64,000 nucleotides of DNA, taken from positions 24,056,001 through 24,120,000 of the forward strand of contig NC_087453.1 of NCBI RefSeq assembly GCF_036321535.1. Direction: 5' to 3'. Shown one piece after another: positions 53,044 to 64,000 of the stretch. The position numbers and the translations under genes were made by a program. The notes beneath the pieces are model-generated. The model worked only from the letters and a program-made list of their open reading frames with translations, was not told the DNA's origin and made no database searches. Source of the stretch: Camelus dromedarius. Lineage: Eukaryota. Each line of letters opens with the position of its first letter. Position 1 is the stretch's first letter.

Positions 53044-53167
53044 TTGAGTCCCCCAAGATGACCACGAACTTGTTGTGTAGTAGCTGCTGGACTTCCGAGG
53101 CTTGGAAATGGACCATGGCGCTTCGCAGCGGGCGGCGAGGCTCCTTGTTCTCCAGACAGAAGACCAT
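53044..53167 (-). CDS. PCED1A: PC-esterase domain-containing 1A, first coding exon; CDS 1359 bp/452 aa
   Basis: ggcATGG; MVFCLENKEPRRPLRSAMVHFQASEVQQLLHNKFVVILGDS; donor gtgagt. Confidence 0.94.
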
Positions 53168-54500
53168 GCCGCCGCCAACTACGACGGGCTGTAGGGAGAG
53201 GCCACTAAGCCGCGCGAGGGCGGGGACTTAGGGCATGACGACCCCAGGGCCCGCCCCGGCATAAATGAGACTTGCGCTGGCCCCTCCGGGGCTACAGGGG
53301 CCGGGTGGCAGAGTTAGAGTGGGGCCCACAGTGGCGCCAGCCTCGACTACACCTGGCAAAGGAGGCAGGAGGTCACCCCGCCCGCGGACCTCCGGGACAC
53401 CAGGGCGCTTCGCGCGCGGCGCCGCCCCGCGCCCCACCACGTGCCCGCCCCCGCCCCGCGCATGCGCGCGCCATCGTGCCAATTACCGAATCCCGGGGTT
53501 CCGCGCTGTTCACCTGCGGCCCGGGCAGGCCCACGTACTGCCCACGGCAGGCTCCGGGCCTAGCCTCATGTTCCCGCGCCCGAGGAGGCCGGTGGTGGGT
53601 TCAGCACAGCCCCTGCCCCGCAGAGCCCGTGCGTCCCGGTTAGCCGTCGATGCGCAGCCTGACGCCCAGCGCTCTCCATGCGTGAGTCGCAGAGGCCCCG
53701 ACGGTGCCTCGGGCCTCCGCGCCCCGGGCGGCGATGTTCACAACTTTCACTTCCGGTCACCCATGTCCCGCCCCGCCCGACCCCCTCAACGCCCCAGGGG
53801 ACAGGAAGGTGGCGGCGGAGGCCGCCACTGGGAGCAGGAACCAGGGCCCGGCCCACCCCGGCGGGCGCGAGGCCCGGGCGTGGGCGGGGGCGCGGCGGCG
53901 GTCAAGTGCAGCTGCCCACAGTGGTGATGGCCGTAGCGGTGGCCTCGCCACGTGACCCGGACGGGCGGAAGCGGAAGTGCCTGCCGGGATCCCGCGTTAG
54001 GCGGGTGTCCCCTCGCAGCTGGCCAGCCGCCGCCTGCACCAGCCATGGACTGCTACACTGCAAACTGGAACCCGCTCGGGGACTCGGCCTTTTACCGGTG
54101 AGCCGCCCAGCCCTCCCGGCCACGATCCGGCTTACCCTGCTCGCCCGCTCGGGTCCGCCCCTCTCCGACTCTCCCCGGGTTTCTATCAACTAACGAACAG
54201 CTGCCTGTGGCCCGGCCTTCCCCTCTCCGGAGAAGGAAACCGAGGCAAAGCCGGTGGTCACACAGATAGGGGCACAGCCCAGCGCTGAAGCCCAGGTCTG
54301 TCGGCTCCCGGAAGGATGCTCAGATCATGTTGAGGGTGGCCGCCCTCGGGTGACAGTGAGTGCCTGGTCTTCTGCCGGGAAGTGCTGCTGAACAGTCAGA
54401 CCAGAGGGGCGCTTCTAGGGGAGGCGGGGTCGCACGGCGGGCGGGGTAACTGTGCCTACCGAGGCTGGGAGGAGGCGAGTCGGGAGTGAACCAGGGGCAG
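53090..54500. promoter_or_regulatory. bidirectional CpG-island promoter PCED1A/VPS16
   Basis: head-to-head ATGs at 53167 and 54045; NRF1 GCGCATGCGC 53458, ETS ACCGGAAGTG (minus) 53748, E-box/CLEAR 53949, tandem GGAA 53965-53979. Confidence 0.9.
54045..54097 (+). CDS. VPS16: VPS16 (HOPS/CORVET core subunit) exon 1
   Basis: gccATGG; [18 protein letters not shown] is the recognised VPS16 N-terminus; donor gtgagc; intron 1 runs beyond the window. Confidence 0.95.
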
Positions 54501-54579
54501 CGCGAGTGGGGACTCCATGTTAGGGGCAGCCCGCTCATGAGAGTTGTAGAGTCCTAAAACGCTAATCTTTCTAAAGTGT

Positions 54580-55105
54580 TGACTGATCATCTTATTACCC
54601 TGATTAGGATTTTTCAATGGCTTTCCTCCTTTGTTAGATAAAGTATAAACTTCTAATCATGTTGCATCTGTAAATCGGCCCTTATTTGTTTTTTCAACTC
54701 TCCTATCCAAATTTTGTGTTCCAGTTGCACAGAACAGGACCCCAACACACCAGGATGTTTCATGGCTCCCTGTGTTTGCACTAGCTTGCATTTCCTTCTG
54801 TGGGCATTTCCCTCTTTACCTCACTGGAGAGTTCTTGCTCATCCTTCAGGACTTAGTTCAAGAGTTCTTTCCGAAACTTTCCCTGACCGAATCCCAATAG
54901 AGTTGACGTTCAGCTGACTTTCCTTTGGGTCTCAAGGACCGAGGGCTAGGGTCTGTTATGTATGGCACAGTAGGGCAATATCTGTATAGCTTTCTTCTGC
55001 TAAACCAAGTGCCCTGAGGGCTGAGAGCATATTTCTAGCATCCCTTTTTCTCCAATGTGTATGTAGAATAGTGCCTGTTATGTAGTAGTTGCCTAATAAA
55101 GTTTT
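54580..55105 (+). mobile_element. L2 3' end
   Basis: TTAGATAAAGTATAAACTTCT...AGAATAGTGCCTG...GTAGTTGCCTAATAAA. Confidence 0.7.
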
Positions 55106-55227
55106 AAAAAATACTTTATTAATTGCAACTAAAGATCACAAAGACTTCGAATTGCCGTCTTCTTTCAATAGAAGACAACTGTGCTAGTTAAACTGTATAC
55201 CATTGTTATTCACATATTAAAACTTTT

Positions 55228-55848
55228 AAAAAAACATTTTTATTGAGTTATAGTCAGTTTACAATGTTGTGTCAATTTCCATTGTAGAGCACAATTTTTC
55301 CGTTTTACATGAATATACATATATTCATTGTCACATTTTTTTTCCACTGTGAGCTACCACAAGATCTTGTATATATTTCCCTGTGCTATACAGTATTATC
55401 TTGTTTATTATTCTATATATGCCTGTCAGTATCTACAAATTTTGAACTTCCAGTCTATCCCTTCCCACCCCCCTCCCCACTGGCAACCACAAGTTTGTTC
55501 TATGTCTGTGAGTCTGTTTCTGTTTTGTATTTGTGTTCTTTTCTTTTTTTTTAAGATTCCACATGTGAGCAATCTCATAGGTATTTTTCTTTCTCTTTCT
55601 GGCTTACTTCACCTAGAATGACATTCTCTAGGGACATCCGTGTTGCTGCAAATNNNNNNNNNNNNNNNNNNNNNNNNNNNNNNNNNNNNNNNNNNNNNNN
55701 NNNNNNNNNNNNNNNNNNNNNNNNNNNNNNNNNNNNNNNNNNNNNNNNNNNNNNNNNNNNNNNNNNNNNNNNNNNNNNNNNNNNNNNNNNNNNNNNNNNN
55801 NNNNNNNCTTTTTGAAGTAGGGTTCCTTTTGGATATATGCCGAGGAGC
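55228..55848 (-). mobile_element. 5'-truncated young cetartiodactyl/camelid L1 (contains N gap 55654-55807)
   Basis: L1 3'UTR motifs (CCCTGTGCTATACAGTA, GGCAACCACAAGTTTGTT); TSD AAAACTTTT at 55219-27 and 55849-57. Confidence 0.85.
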
Positions 55849-56394
55849 AAAACTTTTTTGATACACGAAATGTCAGCCCTTAACACTTCTGAGATGGACA
55901 GATGCCTTGTGGCAATTTTTAGAAATGGGTTGAATTTGTTATTTAATTCTTATCTTTTATCATTGTGCCTGTACAATGTGAAAAAATTGCAAAAATTTAG
56001 TTAAAAATCAGTAAAGTCAGTAGAAAATAAGTGATTTAAACTGTTTTTGTGGCGAAGAGGTGTCAGTTGACATAGGTAGTCACATAATTTAGTGTTTATC
56101 ACAGAGTGTACTTTCAAAAATACTAACTTGTATTACTTTTGAAAATATCTGTTGCCTACATGGGCTTGTTAAATAGGAGAGTACTGAAAATGATGATCTC
56201 ATTGTCATAGGAGTCCCATTTATCATATGGAGTCTTAACTTTGTTTACAAACCTGTAAAGTTTGAAATGAGTGTAAGCGCTGAGTACAGGCCGTAGTCAC
56301 GACCTGTATGGCTAGCCCACCCTTACCTCTGCTGTGCTGCCAGGAAGGGGTAGAGGTGTAAGCCTTGCTGTAGAGGTTATGTTACTTTTGCTCA

Positions 56395-56595
56395 AAGATA
56401 TTGAGCCTTCCTATGTACTAGACACTCTGCTAAGTACTTTATGTGTATCAGATTGTTTAAGTCTGACAGCCCCATGAGGTAGGTATCATTATTTTAACTC
56501 CATCTTCCTGATGAGGAAACTAAGACACAGAGAAGTTAGATGACCAAGTTAGACAGGTAGTAAGCAGTGGGGCCAGGACTGGAACCCAGTCTTCT
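56395..56595 (-). mobile_element. MIR SINE
   Basis: ATGAGGTAGGTATCATTATT...GATGAGGAAACTAAGACACAGAGAAGTTA. Confidence 0.85.
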
Positions 56596-56739
56596 TCTAG
56601 GACCTGTCTTAAAGCATGGGGTTTTTGTTTTTAAGCAGAAAATAAAATATAGCGTTCTAGCTTCTCTACCAGAGTGGCAATATTTTAGGTGCAGACACTT
56701 GGTTTTATTTGTATTTGTGCATAGCCTTATGACAGGACT

Positions 56740-57620
56740 TAATACATGTTCAAGTAAGTGAATGAATGATAGGCAGGTGGCAGACATTAGAGCCTTATCT
56801 ACAGGATGAGATTCTTTTGCATTGGAAGCACTGTTCTGGAAAAATCCAATTTGGGAAGGCAAGGAGAGAAAATGGTGACAAGTTCTTATGGGGCTCCAGA
56901 ATTTTAGCCATTTTTATTCTTAAAACCCAATTTGGGATAATTCTGTTAAATAATTTTGCCCAGCCCTTTGTCAGGCTGAAAGTGTATTGGCCAATAAAGA
57001 GACATAGATCCTGTCCACTCTAATAGAACTTACAGCCAGCAGGGGAGACAGTTGATAACCACAAATGAGTCTGTATTTGTTTGAGCATAATTGGTGAGGT
57101 AAGTCGGAGGTAAAGAAGACTTTCTGAAGGAAACAGTACCCCCTCCAGAGGATGAGTAAATGTAGGTGCAGGGAGTGGGATGAGAGAAAAGCATATACAA
57201 AGGTCCTGAGGCAGGAGAGGCAGGGACACTCTCCATGTTTAGGCCAAACAAAGAGAACCATTGCGGCTGGGGGGCAGGACAAGAGATGAGACAGGTGCTT
57301 TTCTCTTAGGAGCCACACCCTGCAGGGCCTTATAGACCACCATTATTTGAAGAACAATGGAAAGCCTAAATGAAAGGATTGGTGTGATTGGATTTGTGGG
57401 ATGTGTGTATGTGTTTTAAGTTCCTTCTGGAGACAATGAGGGGATAAGTTGGAAGTAGCAAGAAAGAATGGAGGCAAGGGAGACTGGTTAGGAGGCTGGT
57501 GGAATAGACCAGGGAGAAGTTGATTGTGGCGAGCACTGGACGTGGAGAGAAGGGACCTGTCTGGGAGATATAAGGGGGTAAAATCAAAGGAGATTGTGCT
57601 GGGTTGCACTTTTAAAAGAT
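56740..57620 (-). mobile_element. L2 fragments
   Basis: AAGTGAATGAATGA; TGCAGGGCCTTATAGACCA; GGAGACTGGTTAGGAGGCT. Confidence 0.7.
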
Positions 57621-58939
57621 TACACAAAGAGACATTTAATTGTAAACAATGAAATTATTTTGGCCTCCCCCGATCAGATCTACCTGTTGTGTTCCCAGCC
57701 TGATGAGATGTGCCCCATCTCTCTGACTTCTCAGAAGCCATGTGCTATCAATCCACACCCTCCCTCAGCCACAGGTTTCTCCAGCTGTTGGTGTCCACCA
57801 CCCCCTGCGTCAGGGTCTCCTGAAAGGCTGGCTGCATGCAGCTTCCTAGGCCAAATCTACTGTGTTATCTGTGGGGTGGGTCCTGGGAATTCGATGTGTG
57901 TTTTAACAAGCAACCAGGTGTTTCTTTGCTGCAGGAAAATCTGAAGACTACCACTCTGCATTGTTTTCCACCATCCCTACCCCTAAAGGCTCCCTATCAG
58001 ATCTCAAGAACTGTACTTAAGTCTCTCCATCCTAACAAAAAATAAACATCCCTATTCAAGAAACAAACCAGTCCCTCCTCGTCAGCCCATCTTTTGCTCC
58101 CCTACCCCAAAGGTCTGAAAACTGCCATCTACACTTACTTCCACTTTCCCTCTTCCCACCCACCGCTCACTCTGGTCTGATCACCCTGTTCTCAGTGACA
58201 TCCTGCTTCTACAGTGGGCACAGCTCAGGCCTCATGTGAACTTGACTGTCTGGAGCATTGGATAGAGGTGACCTCCCTTCTTTCTTGGGATTTGTATTTA
58301 ACCTTTTAACTATAAAAATTTCAAATGTACAGCAAAGGAGGAATAGCAGAATGAACACCCACAGCCATCATTTAGGCTTAAAAATTGTCATCGTGTTGCA
58401 GTACATTTGCTTTAACTATTTTGTAGGTTAAGAACTATTAGAAGAAGGTCCAGTATACATAAATGTACAGAAAGTAATGCAGTGGACATCCCTGTGCTTA
58501 ACACGCAGCTTCAGCAAGTGTCAGCAGCTTGCTGTTCGTTCTCTTTTCATCTTCCCTTCATCCTCCTCCCCCCACAACACACACATACTTTTTGAGACCA
58601 TTTAAAGACAAACACAGATGTATCTTTTCAATCAAATACATTTTCTGCTATAGTTTAAAATAAATTACTCACATAACTTCAGTGTGCATTACTTTGGGAA
58701 AAAAAATGACAGTTGCCTGTAAAACTGCAGTAGTCTTTCACACCAAACAAAATTAACATTTGATATCTAACAACCAGTTCTTACTCAGACTTCTCCAGTT
58801 GTCTTCAGTATCTTTTTATCACTGGTTTATTCAAATCCAGACTCAGATAAGAATCATTCACTTGCTTCTCTAAATTAATTAAGTCTTAGTTAAGCCTCTT
58901 GTAAACTTGAACATTGCCATCTCCACTCTTCACCCCTAC

Positions 58940-59499
58940 CTCTTGTTTTCATGACAAATTGGAAGGAGAGTGCCCTCCGCAAGCTGGGGTTCCGACCTCA
59001 CTAAAGAAGGTTTAGTTGCAGCCCACTGGGTGGTGGAAGAGTTGCTGGTTTGCTTGGCCGAGAGCTGTTCCGCAGTCACTGGGCAAGCAGGACGCAGGCA
59101 TCTCAGGCCCAGATAGGGCACAGGGGAGCCAGAGCTGAGGGCCAGGTTCAGGGACTTGCACAGGGAGTGAGAGCATCACTGTGAGCAGGAGACCGGGAGC
59201 ACGTAGTGTCTATGTGGAGAGAGGTTCAGGAAGGTGGACGCCAGTCCAGGCCAAGGCTGTGCGGTCACCAAGGGACAGTGTGTTCTGGGCACATGGTTGG
59301 TGCAGTGTCACCAGATGTCCTCATACCCACACTGCTGACTGATCCTGTAGATGCTGCAAACAGCCAGAGGGCCCCTTCCTCCTGCAGTGTCTCTGTACTA
59401 CAGCGCCCTCTACCGAGAAGCTTAGCATCTGGCTCGCTGTGGAGCACATATTAAAGGGTGAATTTGGAGCTGGGAAGCAGTAAGTTGATAACTGACGTG
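58940..59499 (-). mobile_element. LTR41-like ERVL 3' LTR
   Basis: minus CAGCTCCAAATTCACCCTTTAATA; adjoining PPT-like AAAGGGTGGAC; homologous to the copy at 61657-62407. Confidence 0.65.
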
Positions 59500-61656
59500 G
59501 TCCACCCTTTGGCTTCTCGGCTTCCATATGCGTCCTCAACACACTTTTGAACTCCTTCACAACAACCAAACAACTCTGTATTTCTGCTTAACAAGATACT
59601 ACCATCCTTCTTACAAATAAACTACTCTTTCCCAAAATGAGAAAACACAGTCTTTGCACTGATCACTGTATTAATTACCCCTCAAATTGAATTACAGTCC
59701 CACTGAATATTTTGTCACCTAAAAATTTAAATTTGTGTATAAAATAAAAACGGGAAGGTGAGAAGACAGTGGCTAGTACATACATAGAAACACAAGCATA
59801 GAACAAGCACAGAGAAAATACGCAGAGTGCCTGCAGTCACTTTGTAATTGGTCACCAGCTCATAGTTGATATCTTTGACTTCCTTCTTCAGCTGCCCATC
59901 CCATATTTCCCTGGCCCTCAGCCTGAACCTTCACTACTCTGGGATTTTTACATAATGAAGTGACCCAAACCTTCATTTCTCAGTCATTTAAAAAAATTTT
60001 TGGTTGCTGATGTTTTTCATTAATCTTTACTGTTAGACATAGAAGTCCTTCGAGGTGTCCTAGATGGTCTCCTGGGTTTCAGACATAGTCCTCCTTGCCT
60101 CCATTGTGTAGCAGCAACTTGAATTCCCCTTGGCAATCAGGATAATCACTTCAGTCGGTAAATTAACCCCATTTTCTTGCCTGTTGGTTCCATTGTATAA
60201 GGAGCCCAGAATGGCAAGGTGGTGCTCTTATCTTCTGAGTCAGTGAATCCATCGGGTCCCCTGGTGGAAACATTCTCCCCTTAGGGACTAATAAGCACTC
60301 CAAACCAAAAGATCTCAAAGTTGCTGGAACTGGAAGCAACATTTTAATAAGAGAATCATTGGGTGTAATAGTGAGAGCACCCACTCCCGCTTCCACTCCT
60401 TAATTCCAGGTTCTGTGTATTCTGACTGTGAAGGTGATAACACCATGTCATGGTCTCTGATGCAAAGCATAAGCTTGCATCCTATAAGACAGTGCCTCAT
60501 ACTTTTAGAATATTGTCTCCCAATTGGTGCTGTAACGGAGTCGTCATTAAATTTAGGCCAGCCACTTCTGGGTAATGGGGTATAGGGTAAGACTAGTTGA
60601 TTCCTTGGATATGAGTCCACTGCTGCACTTAAATTTGCTGTGCAGTGAGGTGCTTGATTAGATGCATGGCTTTGCAGGGTGCTATCGCGGTAGACAAGAC
60701 ATTCTGTAAGTGCACAGATGGTGGATGCTAGCAAAGGCATTACAGGGAAGGAAGACACATCCACACCCAGAATTTGTATTCCAGTGAGGACAGCTCTTTG
60801 CCCATGATGGAAGAGGTTCAGTGTAATCAGCTTGTAGACTGGTACCCCTGGGAATGATGCCATACTGGGGCCATGTGCTCGTCTCTGCTATTGGCAGATT
60901 AACCACTCAGCAGTAGTGTTAGCCAGGTGAGCCTTGGAGAGGGAGGCTCCCAAGACATCTACCCTAAGTGAAGTCATCACAGGGTTTTCAAGCACAGGAA
61001 GGCTAGTCTCGTGAGACACAAAAGGGCAAGCTACTTCCAGTGGTGAGGAAGACACAGAATGACTTGGGGGTTCAAAACTGTCATTCTCATCTGAGTCTAA
61101 ACAGATATCCCCCTTCCAAGTTTCAGAATCCCTTTCTTTCCTAATTAGTACCCTGACTTTTACATGAGAAATGGTGTACTGGGGACTTCAGCTGTCAGTT
61201 TAACAACCCACACAGCTAAACTCTGCCTTTGATTTTCAGAATTAGCAGCTGTGTCGCTGCAAGAACTAAGAGACTTTTATGCTGTCACAGAAGCTTTCTG
61301 CTTCTCAGACCATGATTGGAGCTGAAAGTTCATGGACCTAAGCTTGTCATTTTCTCTTTGTAAATGTTCAGGTGCACTCAAAATAACCCTTCTACACCAT
61401 AGCCTGTATAATCATCATTACTGCCATACGGTCAAGCACAGAGGTCACTCCCAAAACACGTGTTTGACTTGGTGTTTCACCACGGTGAACTGCAGGCTTG
61501 ATTAGTTGTGATGCTTCTGCACGCAGTGGGTTACTAGCATCCATTTCCCATTGCAGAGAACTCAGCACTGCACTCAAGCCCAAGCATGTGACCAAACAAA
61601 TCCCCAAATCCCATCTTTAGAGTTTTGTCTCCTGGGACCACTCCCTGCGCCAGTTA
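59500..61656 (-). mobile_element. degenerate ERVL internal region (integrase/dUTPase remnants, PBS-like site)
   Basis: broken frames LTECLVYRDS..SNQ and LTITPNDSLIKMLLPVPATL...PPCHSGLLIQWNQQA resemble ERVL pol/dut; TGGCGCAGGGAGTGG PBS-like near 61640. Confidence 0.7.
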
Positions 61657-62407
61657 GTCTGGATCCATTCGGGAGACTTAAACCAGGAAAGTTTAATAAA
61701 TATAAGGAATTATTAAACTGTGATAAAAGAGTAACTGTGAGATATAGGAAAAACTTAGACAGTGACCTAGGGCTAAGGGATAGTACCCCGAGAAAGCTAA
61801 ACTTGGAAGGGGGGCCCTTCTCCAGGCTGGGGTTTAGACCGTGAGAAGATATAGTTGCAGCCCACTGGATGGCAGTGAATCTCACTGGTTTCCCCAGGGC
61901 CAGAGCTGGTCCATAGTTGCTGGGCAAGTAAGACGCAACCCTCTGGGGCTCAGTGGGTAGGAGGACACAGGCAGTCTGCAGCTGGGGGCCAGTTGTTTGG
62001 GTGTGCAGGGGCAGTCACAGAGCTGATGCAGGCAGCCTGGAGCACTCAGTGACTGGGTGCATGGTTGTGCAGAGGGGTCAGTGGAAACACTCAAGGGCAC
62101 AGGCAGGGTAGCCAGCAGCCAGGCATCTCGTCATGCTAAGGAAGTAGGCCCTGGCGTGGTGGCGCGGGCAGGAGGTCAGGAACATCGTGCCTGTCTGAGG
62201 AGTCATGAGAAGGTGATCACCAGTCCGGGCCAGCCTTGGAGGTTGCTACATGGCTGGGTCAGAGCAACACCAAATGTTCTCACACCCTGGCGCAGGCTGC
62301 CTGCCCTGCTGCAAAGCAGCGGGAGAGCCCCTTCCTTGTGCTGTCCAGTGCCCTCTATTGAGAAGGCTTAGCCTCCTCACTGTGAAGGAGTAATGCTTAA
62401 AAGAACA
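61657..62407 (-). mobile_element. LTR41-like ERVL 5' LTR
   Basis: shares TAGTTGCAGCCCACTGG and GCCCTCTA..GAGAAG.CTTAGC blocks with the other LTR. Confidence 0.65.
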
Positions 62408-62419
62408 GTTATCCCCAGA

Positions 62420-64000
62420 ACACATATGGAAGGATGAGTATCTATTTCCCCATCAAATTTCATCTAAGGATTTTAGTAACAGAATGTCAAAAGAAATGCA
62501 AATGGGGTTAAAAAGCTCAAATACTGCAAAAGTATATAGCCTACATATTGTGAGTCTCCATTGTTTCCCAGCCTCATTTGCCACCCTCCCTAAGGGTAAC
62601 CAGTGTCTCTGGCCTAGTGTAGAGGCCTGTGGGAGTTTTTCTATGTATTTACACACATACATGTGATTATATGTAAATATGCTTGTCAAAAATATTTGCT
62701 CAGTGTTTTTATTGCATAAATGGATTCATATGGTTCCTAATGAGCTGCAGCTTCCTTTTTTTTTTTTTTTTTTACTTAACAATGTATTTTAGCGATCACT
62801 TCATGTCAGTATACACAGTCACCTTGTTAATAGTCACATAATATTCCCCAGAACGGGCATAGAATAGTTTATTTAACCAGTCTGATTTTGAAGGAGTTTT
62901 TTTAAACTATTTTAAACAGTGTTGCAGTGAATTCATACCTTTGAATACTTGTGCAAGTAGTCTTATAGGTTAGACCCTTGGAAGGAAATTGCTAAGTGAG
63001 AGGGGTTACGCACTTACAAGTTGGATAGTGTTTCATTTTCTGTAAGGGCTGAACCATTTTATACTCCCAGGAATGTGTAGGAAAGTGTTCATTTTCCCAC
63101 AGCTTCAACAATATTACATGTTATTTATTAGCCTCTTAATTTTTGCCATTCAGATGGCCAAAACATGGAAATAAATTTAAAATTCATTTTTACCTAGTCA
63201 TTAGTATGTCTGTTCATATCTTTGACTATTTTTCTATTGTGTTGTTTCTACTAATTTGTGAAGAAACTCTTTATATGTTCTCCACGTTAACCCTTTGTTA
63301 CAAATGTGACACATCTTACAGTGGTCATTTGACTTTTATGTATTAATTTTTAATGTACATATTTTAAGTTTTTATGTAATAAAATCTATCTGTCTTTTCC
63401 TTTGTAATTCTGGGTTTTGTGTCTTGCTCTGAAAGACTTTTCTGTAGTTTACATAATGAAAATGTTAGCTTACATTTTTCTCAAGTTTTTTTATGTTTAG
63501 TTTTAAAATATTTTCACATAAAGTGGTGTATTATTAGCCCTTGGCCATTTTTCTTTTACTTTTATTTTCACTTTTTACAGTTAATTAAAGCCTTTTGTAT
63601 TTTTAAGAACAATATTCCTTTTTCATGTGTTACTTTTTTTCCCTTTTTGTAGTTTGTCTTACTACTTTGCTTTTGATGGACTTTTTAAATGTTAACTATT
63701 TTAATAAATAACCATTAATGTGGTTTAAAAACTCAGTTTCATTCCCATCTCTACCCCTCTTCAACTGATTCCACCCCTCACCTGCAAGTAACCACTGTTA
63801 ATTAGATTCTTAGAAATTTTTCCAGTTTCTTTTTTTAAATAGAAGCAAATGTAAATATGTACTTTTTAACCCCTCTTATATAGAAGTACACAGAAGTTCT
63901 TAAGTTTTATTTAGACTCATTTGTTAGTCTTTTTCTTAGTGACTTCTAGGTTTTATATCATATTTAGAAATTGTTTCTACTTTATAAAAATAAGCAAGAT
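62420..64000. mobile_element. old L1ME-type 3' fragments, AT-rich
   Basis: GTATTTTAGCGATCAC, GTTGCAGTGAATTCAT, AAGTAACCACTGTTAA motifs. Confidence 0.65.

Noticed and set aside
53265-54193. 171-220 aa ORFs in the PCED1A/VPS16 CpG island
   Set aside because: Stop-poor GC-rich sequence giving Arg/Pro/Gly-rich nonsense; the real coding exons are accounted for.
60163-60863. Domesticated ERVL integrase/dUTPase gene
   Set aside because: Similarity hops between frames and catalytic motifs are degraded.

Overview
Mammalian genomic DNA, most likely a camelid (three copies of a tRNA-Ala-derived Vic-1-type SINE). It is the conserved block EBF4(+) - CPXM1(-) - C20orf141(+) - TMEM239(+) - PCED1A(-) - VPS16(+), gene order recognised from human chr20p13. 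Exons were traced by hand from splice sites and recognised protein sequence. EBF4: 3' half only, with exons 8 and 9 hidden in N-gaps. CPXM1: complete, 14 exons, 750 aa. C20orf141: 2 coding exons, 167 aa. TMEM239: 151 aa. PCED1A: 7 coding exons, 452 aa. VPS16: exon 1 plus part of intron 1. The rest is TE-rich (L1, L2, MIR, MER5/MER33, MaLR, ERV1 solo LTRs, a degenerate LTR41-like ERVL provirus). No prokaryotic features or CRISPR, and no clearly new multi-gene system. Best leads: a lineage-specific 18-bp coding VNTR in CPXM1; a shared GAGEG + hydrophobic module suggesting C20orf141 and TMEM239 are ancient paralogues; an LTR cluster with intact TATA upstream of C20orf141; a GAG acceptor with distant branch point in EBF4; an orphan CpG island; and a weak C/D snoRNA candidate with 18S complementarity. 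Gene and repeat-family names and human comparisons are from recall, not database searches; most repeat boundaries are approximate.
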